Shown here: piece after piece, positions 11,960 to 31,200 of the stretch
How the letters are laid out: every line of letters starts with the position of its first letter
Numbering within the stretch: the stretch's first letter is position 1
NCBI GenBank assembly: GCA_002269645.1
Contig: NIVC01002241.1
Span: forward strand, 62,001 to 126,000
DNA length: 64,000 bases
Source: Macrostomum lignano
Taxonomy: Eukaryota
Direction: 5' to 3'
Program-made: the position numbers and the translations under genes
The notes under the pieces: model-generated
The model's input: only the letters and a program-made list of their open reading frames with translations
Told to the model about the DNA's origin: nothing
Databases searched by the model: none

Positions 11960-13930
11960 CAGTTTGTCGCCTCTGTTGAAAGTCTCTCCAGAGCGATGGC
12001 AACAGGCTAAAAAACTCCTTAAGGCGAGTGGGCGGCTTTCCGATCCGCCGCGCTGAGCACTTTTATATTCGTAAATATGCGCGAAAACTGTCAGCGATTG
12101 GTTAGCACCAGGATGGCCAATAAGCAGCTTTTTACTACTTGTGAGTAGGCCAACATGCAGTTATCTAGAAAAGTATTAATTTTCAAATGCACGCATATCT
12201 CATTTCAAAGAGTAACTCGCACTCCACATGTATATGGACTTGTTAGCTTGTATATGCATGTGTATATGGACTTGTTAGCTTGTACATGCATATGTATATG
12301 GACTAGCCCGCTTGAATATGTATGTGCGTATACGTCCATATGAGTCTTCAGTTTAGTAAACAATTATGCATATTGAATGAGGCTGCTTCTCCACATTGCT
12401 TCTGGGGGTGCCTATTAAATAATAAAATTCGCTATTAAAAGATAATTGCTTTTTACAATAATACAGTATTTACCTTCTTTGCGTTCAAGGTTTTTTTTTA
12501 AATATATAAATCCAGCAATTAATGTTTAAACTGAACTACTACAAGTAGCATTGATAGAAACCGAAATCTTTTTAAGGCACGAACAAACAAACTGTCTACA
12601 ACTGATGCTACTGACAAAGAAAAACCGAGTGAATTCTAAACTGAAACAGTCGCTGAGTGCAGACCGCAGATACTAGAATAACTAGATGGGCCACGCAGCA
12701 CAGTTGCGTGTAAGCTACTTTCAGTTCAGTAGTAGGATAAACAGAAGCACTTTTAAAAAATCATATTTTTACAGCCAATGCTTATTTATTGACTCTCCCC
12801 CCGCCCCCAGCTTAAACTCTCCAACCGCGCCTTTCCACACTACCTCCCGCCCCGCCCCAATTTTTATTGCCTTTCTCGGAATTCCAGCCTAAAGCTGCCA
12901 TGTACATTTCAGTGGACTGGCTAATGTACATTATTGCTGAACCAATTAGCAAGTTGTTTGCACCTGCAAGCTTGGCTTCTAAACTTATCAAAGTCATTTC
13001 AGCTGCCTTTCTTATATATTTTTATAAAATAGCTTATGCATTCTTATTTGCTACTGAACTGAAAGTTGTTTTACTAAGCCTATATGCCTTGAGTGGCCGA
13101 TCTAGCTAGTTATTTTAGTATCTGTGCTGTGGTGCAGACCAAACTGCTGCTCATATCAGTTGAAGGTATATACTAAAATCATAGAGCAATGCAGGGCAAT
13201 CTAAATACTGCTCTACCTATCTCTTTGAGCATTGCGCAACAGGTTACACTGCAGCTCTATTTCTGTCTGTCTAATCATTTTTAGCCAAAAGGAATAAGAA
13301 AAGTTGAGGCTCTCCGTCTGTCCATAGCATGTGAGCGGTGTGTGTGTGTGTGTGTGTGACATTTCCTGCATCTATCTATATATACTGTGTTTGCCCGCAG
13401 TTCTGCCCCGTACAAAGAAGCAATGATGCAATCAATCTGCTTTAAAGCCGATAAAGTCTCACACACAACAAGTCATTCTTGCATGATATAAATATAGTTC
13501 GACTATCAAAATATGACTATATGCTGGATTCCACCCCAATGGCACTTTTAGCTGCATTAGCTTATCTAGATAAGAACCCCCCTTCTCCCCGATACTCGAA
13601 ATGACCAGACCAAATGCTTGATAATTAACCATACAGCAAAGTGACAAAGAAAACCTGGAAAGGCAAGAAAAACTGTTCTTGTGCTCTTGTAAAAATTGTG
13701 CTCATGTTAATATCCAACTATGCCCTGGAAGTGCCACTACAATGGAAGTGTCATTACAATCGATGTTGTTGCCATTGGCAACCTAAGGCTGACACCGTTG
13801 ACACATTGACACCATTTTAGGCGAATGTAGAAGCATATAGAATCCGTTCCTTAGCAACGTCTAAATAGTGCCCCATACAGTGCCACTTACAGAGCATTAG
13901 CAAACAGCTCTTTTCGGTGCCTTAAACAGC

Positions 13931-14466
13931 ACTCCAACTAGTGCCCCAACCAGTGCCCCAACCAGTGCCCCAACCAGTGCCCCAACCAGTGCCCCAACCA
14001 GTGCCCCAACCAGTGCCCCAACCAGTGCCCCAACCAGTGCCCCAACCAGTGCCCCAACCAGTGCCCCAACCAGTGCCCCAACCAGTGCCCCAACCAGTGC
14101 CCCAACCAGTGCCCCAACCAGTGCCCCAACCAGTGCCCCAACCAGTGCCCCAACCAGTGCCCCAACCAGTGCCAATGGCGCAACCAGGGGGGGGGGGGGG
14201 CGGTCGCCCCCTCCTATAGGCGGAGACCCAAAAAAATCAAAGGGGGGACCAAGCGAATTTTCGCCAAAAATAGAGCAACCCCTCTCCGCCCCCCCCCCTC
14301 CCGGGACTTTACCCTCCAGAATCCGCCCCCCCCTCAAAAAATTTCTGGTTGCGCTACTGACCAGTGCCCCAACCAGTGCCCCAACCAGTGCCCCAATCAG
14401 TGCCCCAACCAGTGCCCCAACCAGTGCCCCAGCCAGTGCCCCAACCAGTGCCCCAATCAGTGCCCC
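13931..14466. repeat. 12-bp minisatellite (CCCCAACCAGTG) interrupted by a MITE
   Basis: About 20 units left and 8 units right of the insertion. Confidence 0.95.
14173..14359. mobile_element. 187-bp hAT-type MITE
   Basis: 15-bp imperfect TIRs CAATGGCGCAACCAG / CTGGTTGCGCTACTG; 8-bp TSD ACCAGTGC at 14165-14172 and 14360-14367. Confidence 0.85.
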
Positions 14467-15194
14467 ATTACATGCAGTAACAGAAAGTCATTATGTTTAG
14501 AGGTTTTCAGACAAACGGTTGTTAACCAGATGACATATAGAGAATGCAATACAAACAAAACCAATGCATATATTTGTGGTGCAAATCTGTGAAATTTCAA
14601 ACTACATAAGCTAGTGTTAAAGCAATGCAAATTGCAAACTGAACCTTGGCAAAATATAAACAGCTCAACAGACCGGCCTAATGCAGAACTGATCGAATAG
14701 AAAAGCGCAAGTATTAATTAATTCAATCGTATTATAATGCAAAGAAAAATAATTAATCAGTTGGTTTCGCGGCGAGTAGCTTAAATCCTTCAAATCACAA
14801 GGGGAGAAAATATTGCTTGGCTATGAATATATGAATTTGTATGCTGAGCAGCAAACTGCGCTTCAGCTGCTGAAACTTGCGCGAATAAAAATTCTACAAA
14901 AGCAACGGAGGCAAAGAAAAAAGATAACTAAAAGAAGCAACATGGGAGCATTCTCTTTGAGTCATTTGAGCACAGCTAGCGGCTTCCTCAACCAGCGTCG
15001 CTAATGATTTCCTGAGCACAAGCCGGAACCGGATGTTGCTGAGAGGATGTCAGCTCCCCGACTCTCCCGGCTTCCAACCGCCAATCCATAAAAATTGCTG
15101 GGCAAAGAATTAAAAATGATTTGACAGCTGGGGGCAAAGAGCGATGATCATAAACTACTAACATAATTAAGTGCGGATTTTCCAATGGGATTTG

Positions 15195-21844
<6,650 letters not shown>

Positions 21845-21857
21845 GCCACACCGATGC

Positions 21858-22426
21858 CTGCGTTTGAAATTATTGGAGAGTTGAGTTCGTGACTTTTAGC
21901 TGTGGATGAGAGACTGGATGGGAGAACGGGTGGGGGAGCGGATTCAGGAGCGGATTCGGGAGCGGATTTAAGAGCGGATTCGGGAGCGGATTCGGGAGCG
22001 GATTTAGGAGCGGATTCGGGAGTGGATTCAGGAGCGGACTCCGGAGCGGATTCCGGAGCGGATTCCGGAGCGGATTCCGGAGCGGATTCCGGAGCGGATT
22101 CAGGAGCGGATTCGGGAGCGGATTCGGGAGCGGATTCAGGAGCGGATTTAAGAGCGGATTCCGGAGCGGATTCAGGAGCAGATTTAAGAGCGGATTCCGG
22201 AGCGGATTCAGGAGCGGATTCAGGAGCGGATTCAGGAGCGGATTCAGGAGCGGATTCAGGAGCGGATTCAGGAGCGGATTCAGGAGCGGATTCAGGAGTG
22301 GATTCAGGAGCGGATTTAAGAGCGGATTTAAGAGCGGATTCCGGAGCGGATTCAGGAGCGGATTTAAGAGCGGATTAGGAAGTGGATGGCAAGATAATGA
22401 ATACTTTAGAAGTCGGCCATACTTAC
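21858..22426 (-). other. Probable 5'UTR intron of hunchback (filled by a 12-bp repeat)
   Basis: Strong donor GTAAGTAT at 22426 and acceptor CGCAG at 21858 on the minus strand. Confidence 0.5.
21930..22378. repeat. 12-bp repeat (GGAGCGGATTCA variants)
   Basis: Tandem units visible. Confidence 0.95.
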
Positions 22427-23194
22427 ACAAACGCACTTGATAACGAGAATAGAAGTGGTCAAAGCAGACTCAAGCAGAAACGTGAGTCACAGTTAAAGAC
22501 TCTTTAAAAAGAGTTTTCCAGTCGTCCCTGCTCGCAGACTCTGACGCAACGCGGCTCAGCTGCAGGCCTGAGTCAGCTCAGAGGTAGCGGCTGCGCAGAT
22601 CTTCTTTGCTGGGGTGGCTGGCGATATCTGGTGCTCGTTTTTGAAGCCGCTATCTTATTGCTTTTTCTGTCCGGTGACTACTGATCTGCTTCTCTGTGTG
22701 CCTTCGCCTCTTTCTGGTCTGTGTCTCTTTTTCTTCAAGCTCTCCAGCGGGGTGGAGGTTATTTAGCAGGGGCCTCACACTTGCCACGGCCTGATATGCC
22801 GCTTCAGGATTGGCTGAGGGCTGCCGTCCCCCCATAGCCAGGGCCCCTCCGGTCGGAGCCGGGCGATGATGCAACCGAAGCCACGCCTGTCGGGTCTTCC
22901 GTAACTTGATGGACACTGGAGGAAGGCCGGGTCAAGCAGACAGCCTCATTGGACAAAAAGCTCCCAAAACAGTTTTTCCTCAGTTCCTCCCCTCCGCATC
23001 GCGGAGTCCAATAGGCTCTGGCGCTTCTCCCATTCCGCCCTTTTGCCTCAGCCACTCGGAGCGGTTGCGCAACCCGATGGGGCAGCGGGATTGGCAGCGA
23101 GCGGGGGGAGAATTTTTGTTGGAAAAAATCTTCCCAGTTTTTTAGGGGCGCCTTAGGGATTTGCCATTTTTATGAGAATAAGATGAGGATAATA

Positions 23195-23790
23195 TTCTCT
23201 GATTCTGGACCCATATTCTCCAATCCTGACCCTCATTCTCTGATCCTGACCCACATTCCTCGATCCTGACCCTCATTCTCCGATACTGACCCACATTCTC
23301 CGATCCTGACCCACATCCTCCGATCCTGACCTACATTCTCCGATCCTGACCCACATCCTCCGATCCTGACCCACATTCTCCGATCCTGACCTACATTCTC
23401 CGATCCTGACCTACATTCTCCGATCCTGACCCACATTCTCCGATCCTGACCCACATTCTCCGATCCTGACCCACATTCTCCGATCCTGACCTACATTCTC
23501 CGATCTTGACCCACATTCTCCGATCCTGACCTACATTCTCCGATCCTGACTCACATTCTCCGATCCTGACTCACATTCTCCGATCCTGACCCACATTCTC
23601 CGATCCTGACCCACATTCTCCGATCCTGACCCACATTCTCCGATCCTGACCCACATTCTCCGATCCTGACCCACATTCTCCAATCCTGACCCACAGTCTC
23701 CGATCCTGACCCACATTCTCCAATCCTGACCCACAGTCTCCGATCCTGACCCACATTCTCCGATCCTGACCCACAGTATCTCCTGACCCA
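23195..23790. repeat. 20-bp repeat (CCACATTCTCCGATCCTGAC)
   Basis: About 29 tandem units. Confidence 0.95.
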
Positions 23791-24707
23791 GTCTCCTGAC
23801 CCAGCATCTATCTCTGCTCTATTTTGACCTTCTTTGTCCCCCGTACTCTGGAAGATGATTAAAAATCAACTTGCTCTCATGCTGGTCTCCAAATCGATGC
23901 TTCTGTTTCAGTGGCGATCATTTCTCTCTCTGTTTCTCTTCTAAAAGAAGACCAACCCAAACTCGTAACGCTACGCAACTCGGATTCGTTGGGAGAAAAA
24001 ATGTTGCGCAAGTGTGCGCCCACCGGCCAGCCCGGGAATCCCAGCCGTCATGGCGAGACAGGTGGCAGGCTGAGGATGCGGCAAAATTGATAAAATTACA
24101 CGTCTCAATCGATGTTGTGCCGACAATACTCCATCTACTATATTTAGTTGGTTAGGCAGTGGCTAAAATATTAACAAAAATTTATGGCGTGATTTCACAG
24201 GAGGATGGCAACAGAGACAAAATAATGATTGTCTCAAATTTTTCGGAGTCTCGGCTTTGACCCCCGGAACCGCGGGGGGTCCAGCTCTTTGACCTCAGCT
24301 AAGAGTGAGAGAGTAGTTTTTAATCAAAGTTGAACACCATAAATACAAAGATTGAAACAAAGACTTAGAGGAAGTAAAATGACAGGATGAAGAGGACTTC
24401 GAGCCGAAGATTTGCAATGGTGACGCAATTTCTGAGGTCGTGTGCCGCCCGTCGAGTTGAGAACAAATCACTGGAATTAAAGGGATTGTGAGGGGATGCA
24501 ATTTTTAAACTATTTATTAACATTTTGTGCGTCTTCGAAATGTCTTCGCTGCGCACCTGCGCTCGATGCTAAATTCTGAAACAATTAAACAGCTTTTGTT
24601 AATCCGCGGTGCTGGAGTTTTGAAAGAGCTTTTAAGCTCCAAAATCTACTTGATGATTGAATGCGCCTTGCTTAGGCTGAGACTGAGCCCTGAGTGAATA
24701 TGAGAGC

Positions 24708-25165
24708 GGATGAGGGAGCGGATGAGACAGCGGATGAGAGAGCGGATGAGAGAGCGGATGAGAGAGCGGATGAGACAGCGGATGAGACAGCGGATGAGAG
24801 AGCAGGTGAGAGAGCGGATGATAGAGCGGATGAGAGAGCGGATGAGAGAGCGGATGAGAGAGAAGGTGAGAGAGCGGATGATAGAGCGGATGAGAGAGCA
24901 GGTGAGAGAGCGGATGAGAGAGCGGATGAGAGAGCAGATGAGAGAGCAGGTGAGAGAGCGGATGAGAGAGCGGATGAGAGAGCGGGTGAGAGAGCGGATG
25001 AGAGAGCGGATGAGAGAGCGGATGAGAGAGCGGATAAGAGAACAGGTGAGAGAGCGGATGAGAGAGCAGATGAGAGAGCGGATGAGAGAGCAGATGAGAG
25101 AGCGGATAAGAGAACAGGTGAGAGAGCGGATGAGAGAGCAGATGAGAGAGCGGATGAGAGAGTGA
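24708..25165. repeat. 12-bp repeat (GAGCGGATGAGA)
   Basis: Tandem units visible. Confidence 0.95.
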
Positions 25166-26084
25166 ATTAAAAAGCGAATGGGAGCAGATGAAGGGTGGAT
25201 GATAGTGCTACACTGAGGTAGTGAGATCTGGAAGCAGGGTTCTACCACCTCTCTATGAATCATTAAACGTTGATGGAGCATGCCACTAAGTACATTCATC
25301 AAGCAACTTCCTCGCCAGCTTCTGCTGCTAGATGATGGAACTGCCCGATCTAAAAATATAATTTCCCTCTACAAAAGCAATAGTTTAACGATAAAAATCT
25401 TTGTTGGTCACTCGCGACTTTTGCGACAGATGCAAGCCTCCACGCTGACCAGCTCGGGCAGTTGTGACGCAATGGTTGTAGCACCGATTTAGCAGAGAGA
25501 TGATTTACCGAGACCGCAGCTCACAGGCCGCGGGGACAAACAGTTTGGCGACAACTTGCTTCAACTGAACCCTGCCTTGCCGCTCTTTGTTTGACTGCTA
25601 TAAGGCCTGTTGCTCTGAACTGTTCGCAATATTCAATGTTTATACACTGACCAGTCATTATGCAATTGAAAACTTCGCGCTCGCATGTGGAAGCTGCTTC
25701 TGCGCATCTGATAAGACCTCCTTTCTGCCTGTAACTGAAGTCAAATCAGAGAGCGGCTCTTTGCCGCCTAGGGGGGAACAGGGGAACAGGGGAACAGGTG
25801 TTTCAGGGGAGGCTGGGGCCGCGTGACTTCTTGGAACTTTTGAAACAATCTCTTGAAATATTATAAACAATTATTGAGATTGGCAGGAAATGTTCGTCAC
25901 ATTTACTGCGATAGACGGCTTTAAAAGTGTTGAGTGAGTCTGCTTTGATTGGAATCATCAAACTGATTATGTTTAAAGGTTTAAATGTACCTTGTTCTTT
26001 CATTTTGCTTCTATAGTTTGTCTTCATCTCCACTCAAAAAGATTCTGTCCATTCTCACCCAAATTTTCTATTTTCAAATCTGTT

Positions 26085-26500
26085 TTCCGATCTACCTCCG
26101 ATCTATCTCCGATCTATCTCCGATCTATCTCCGATCTATCTCCGATCTATCTCCGATCTATCTCCGATCTATCTCCGATCTATCTCCGATCTATCTCCGA
26201 TCTATCTCCGATCTATGTCCGATCTATCTCCGATCTATCTTCGATCGATCTCCGATCTATCTCCGATCGATCTCCGATCTATGTCCGATCTATCTCCGAT
26301 CTATCTCCGATCTATCTCCGATCTATCTCCGATCTATCTCCGATCTATCTCCGATCTATCTCCGATCTATCTCCGATCTACCTCCAATCTATCTTTAATC
26401 TATTTCCGATCTATCTTTAATCTATTTCCGATCTATCTTTAATCTATATCTATCTAATCTACCTCTAATCTAATCTCCAGTCTATCTCTAATCAATCTCC
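26085..26500. repeat. 11-bp repeat (CCGATCTATCT)
   Basis: Tandem units, degenerating rightwards. Confidence 0.95.
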
Positions 26501-28254
26501 TATCTAGATTCAATGTCCATTTTTTATCGCTAACCAATTTCCAAGGGCCTCAGTGGGCTCAATTTGCACAATCGCTTATCAAGCAAAATGCATCAACACT
26601 TCTCCATATCTATCCCGATTGTTGACTGTTTATATCGAGTTGACACTTTCTGCTCGCATTGTTCTCGTGCAAAGTGTGCGTCAGGTCAAACTTCGAGAGA
26701 TAAGATAAGAAAGATAAAGAGTCATTGTTGCCAGACTCTTCTCCATCTCTCATGAATTCTGAATTGCGGGCCGAGTCTGGGCTCAAACAGCAATAAAAAA
26801 TATTGGATGGAGAGTTAGGATTAAACTTTGTATTTTTGACCAGTTTCAATCTCTTAGATTGACTGCAACCATTTGGATTTCTAGCCATCAAATTTGCTGA
26901 TTGCCTCTTTTAGTAGAAGATTTTTATAGAAGATTTTTATAGCCATGCACACTGCGCCCTGGCCTGGCGCTGTTTTTAATTGCGGCAAAAATGCGCTTTG
27001 GCGAACCGGGCAGCAGGGGAGCCATTTCGGGTGGAAGGGCATTAAAAAACTGCTCGGTAGTGAGGCTCCGAATTAAATGAGTGCTCTGCAACTGGGAGAC
27101 TTGCGCAACGGGATCCGCACGCCAGACGTGAAAATGTGTGCTCAAAAATGGTGCGACTGTCGACCAGTTATAGACAATAAAAAGTCAAAACTCGGGCCTT
27201 CAGAGGGCGAACCGTTTCGCATGTAGGGTTGTAAAAATGTCCGAGCAGAGACGCGACAGGAGGGGAAGGCGCTTGAATCTCAGCCGGAAATCTGCCAACC
27301 GTGCCGGAGGATGGGCTTGGACAAAGCAGAAATCGGTGTGTGTCTTCTTCCAGAAGCACAGACTAACAAACACAGGCTTTGAAAGCGGAAGGGCTACAAC
27401 AGAAGGGCCACCCCGCGGAGACCACTTTGAAGCTTGCATCATCGTCCTTTGAAGCCGCCAACGCACGCAGTTGGTGGCTCCTCGCGATTCATCAAGGAGT
27501 TTATATACGAACCCGGCGTTTTTGGTCCCGACAGCTTTCTGGCGGCGGCGCTCTTGAGAAAAATAAATTGAAAGATTTCAAGCTGCCCCGCCCTCTGACT
27601 TTGCTGGACTGGGGCAGGGAGAACTGAGAAGCAGAGCCTGGAGGAGCGACTTTAGGCTGACTTTTAAAAGCTAGTCTCGATTAACAACCATGAAGACTGG
27701 ACTGTGGGGTCACTTCTACAACCAAATCCTTGAGTCAAGTGGCTTCGAGCTGAACTGAACCGACAAGTGTCACTTGGACACCTGTTGCTTTTGAAGTTAA
27801 ATAGTTGGGCCGAAGGTGAGACTGTTGCCAATATTGTAAATCTGCCTGTACATCTTGAAAGAAAAAAATTGAAGAAATTTTGGAATTTACGGTATTTCAG
27901 TAGCAACCAGCCACAGAGAGGACGCAAAGACTTTTTTAATGTTTTTCGTTTGCTCTTCTCGTATTGAATTTCTTCATAGAAGAAGATATATTATTGACTG
28001 ATTAATTGATTGATTATAGCTAAGCAAAAAAATCGCGCAAAAACTGCATTACAAGGAAAGTTGATACCTAGGCCAGCCAGCGCAACAATGACCCCCAAAA
28101 TTATGCACATGCTATGGGGCCGGTTGCGCCATTGCGTTTCGCAAGTCTGCGTCCCATCTGGTTTATTGGGGATTTTTGTGGAAGAATTTTTTTGGCAATT
28201 AAAAATGGTTTTGATTTGATAGATAATTGTGTGTCCGGCTTCTGCGAAAGGGTG

Positions 28255-31200
28255 AGAAGGATAGAGAGAGAATGAGAAGGACAGGGAGAGAATGAGAAGG
28301 ACAGGGAGAGAATGAGAAGGACAGGGAGAGAATGAGAAGGACAGGGAGAGAATGAGAAGGACAGGGAGAGAATGAGAAGGACAGGGAGAGAATGAGCAGG
28401 ACGGGGAGAGAATGAGAAGAACAGGGAGAAAATGAGAAGGACAGGGAGAGAATGAGAAGGACAGGGAGAGAATGAGAAGGACAGGGAGAGAATGAGAAGG
28501 ACAGGGAGAGAATGAGAAGGACAGGGAGAGAATGAGAAGGACAGGGGGAGAATGAGAAGGACAGGGAGAAAATGAGAAGGACAGGGAGAGAATGAGAAGG
28601 ACAGGGAGAAAATGAGAAGGACAGGGAGAGATGAGAAGGACAGGGAGAGAATGAGAAGGACAGGGAGAGATGAGAAGGACAGGGAGAGAATGAGAAGGAC
28701 AGGGAGAGAATGAGAAGGACAGGGAGAGATGAGAAGGACAGGGAGAGAATGAGAAGGACAGGGAGAGAATGAGAAGGACAGGGAGAAAATGAGAAGGACA
28801 GGGAGAGAATGAGAAGGGCGGGAAAGGACAGGGGAGGGTGAGAAGGATGGTGAGAGGGTGAGAAAGACAGGGAGAGAATGAGGACAGGGAGAGAATGAGA
28901 AGGACAGGGGTAGAATGAGGACAGGGAGAAAATGAGAAGGACAGGGAGAGAATGAGAAGGACAGGGAGAAAATGAGAAGGACAGGGAGAGAATGAAAAGG
29001 ACAGGGAGAGAATGAGAAGGACAGGGAGAGAATGAGAAGGACAGGGAGAAAATGAGAAGGATGGTGAGAGGGTGAGAAAGACAGGGAGAGAATGAGGACA
29101 GGGAGGGAATGAGAAGGACAGGGAGAGAATGAGAAGTACAGGGAGAGAATGAGAAGGACAGGGAGAGAATGAGAAGGACAGGGAGAGAATGAGAAGGACA
29201 GGGAGAGAATGAGAAGGACAGGGAGAGAATGAGAAGGACAGGGAGAGAATGAGAAGGACAGGGAGAAAATGAGAAGGATGGTGAGAGGGTGAGAAAGACA
29301 GGGAGAGAATGAGGACAGGGAGGGAATGAGAAGGACAGGGAGAAAATGAGAAGGACAGGGAGAGATGAGAAGGACAGGGAGAGAATGAGAAGGACAGGGA
29401 GAGATGAGAAGGACAGGGAGAGAATGAGAAGGACAGGGAGAGATGAGAAGGACAGGGAGAGATGAGAAGGACAGGGAGAGAATGAGAAGGACAGGGAGAG
29501 AATGAGAAGGACAGGGAGAAAATGAGAAGGACAGGGAGAGAATGAGAAGGACGGGAAAGGACAGGGGAGGGTGAGAAGGATGGTGAGAGGGTGAGAAAGA
29601 CAGGGAGAGAATGAGGACAGGGAGAGAATGAGAAGGACAGGGGTAGAATGAGGACAGGGAGAAAATGAGAAGGACAGGGAGAGAATGAGAAGGACAGGGA
29701 GAGAATGAGAAGGACAGGGAGAGAATGAGAAGGACAGGGAGAGAATGAGAAGGACAGGGAGAGATGAGAAGGACAGGGAGAAAATGAGAAGGACAGGGAG
29801 AGAATGAGAAGGACAGGGAGAGAATGAGAAGGACAGGGGGAGAATGAGAAGGACAGGGAGAAAATGAGAAGGACAGGGAGAGAATGAGAAGGACAGGGAG
29901 AAAATGAGAAGGACAGGGAGAGATGAGAAGGACAGGGAGAGAATGAGAAGGACAGGGAGAGATGAGAAGGACAGGGAGAGAATGAGAAGGACAGGGAGAG
30001 ATGAGAAGGACAGGGAGAGATGAGAAGGACAGGGAGAGAATGAGAAGGACAGGGAGAGAATGAGAAGGACAGGGAGAAAATGAGAAGGACAGGGAGAGAA
30101 TGAGAAGGACGGGAAAGGACAGGGGAGGGTGAGAAGGATGGTGAGAGGGTGAGAAAGACAGGGAGAGAATGAGGACAGGGAGAGAATGAGAAGGACAGGG
30201 GTAGAATGAGGACAGGGAGAAAATGAGAAGGACAGGGAGAGAATGAGAAGGACAGGGAGAAAATGAGAAGGACAGGGAGAGAATGAAAAGGACAGGGAGA
30301 GAATGAGAAGGACAGGGAGAGAATGAGAAGGACAGGGAGAAAATGAGAAGGATGGTGAGAGGGTGAGAAAGACAGGGAGAGAATGAGGACAGGGAGGGAA
30401 TGAGAAGGACAGGGAGAGAATGAAAAGTACAGGGAGAGAATGAGAAGGACAGGGAGAGAATGAGAAGGACAGGGAGAGAATGAGAAGGACAGGGAGAGAA
30501 TGAGAAGGACAGGGAGAGAATGAGAAGGACAGGGAGAGAATGAGAAGGACAGGGAGAAAATGAGAAGGATGGTGAGAGGGTGAGAAAGACAGGGAGAGAA
30601 TGAGGACAGGGAGGGAATGAGAAGGACAGGGAGAAAATGAGAAGGACAGGGAGAGATGAGAAGGACAGGGAGAGAATGAGAAGGACAGGGAGAGATGAGA
30701 AGGACAGGGAGAGAATGAGAAGGACAGGGAGAGATGAGAAGGACAGGGAGAGATGAGAAGGACAGGGAGAGAATGAGAAGGACAGGGAGAGAATGAGAAG
30801 GACAGGGAGAAAATGAGAAGGACAGGGAGAGAATGAGAAGGACGGGAAAGGACAGGGGAGGGTGAGAAGGATGGTGAGAGGGTGAGAAAGACAGGGAGAG
30901 AATGAGGACAGGGAGAGAATGAGAAGGACAGGGGTAGAATGAGGACAGGGAGAAAATGAGAAGGACAGGGAGAGAATGAGAAGGACAGGGAGAAAATGAG
31001 AAGGACAGGGAGAGAATGAAAAGGACAGGGAGAGAATGAGAAGGACAGGGAGAGATGAGAAGGACAGGGAGAGAATGAGAAGGACAGGGAGAGATGAGAA
31101 GGACAGGGAGAGAATGAGAAGGACAGGGAGAGATGAGAAGGACAGGGAGAAAATGAGAAGGACAGGGAGAGAATGAGAAGGACAGGGAGAGAATGAGAAG

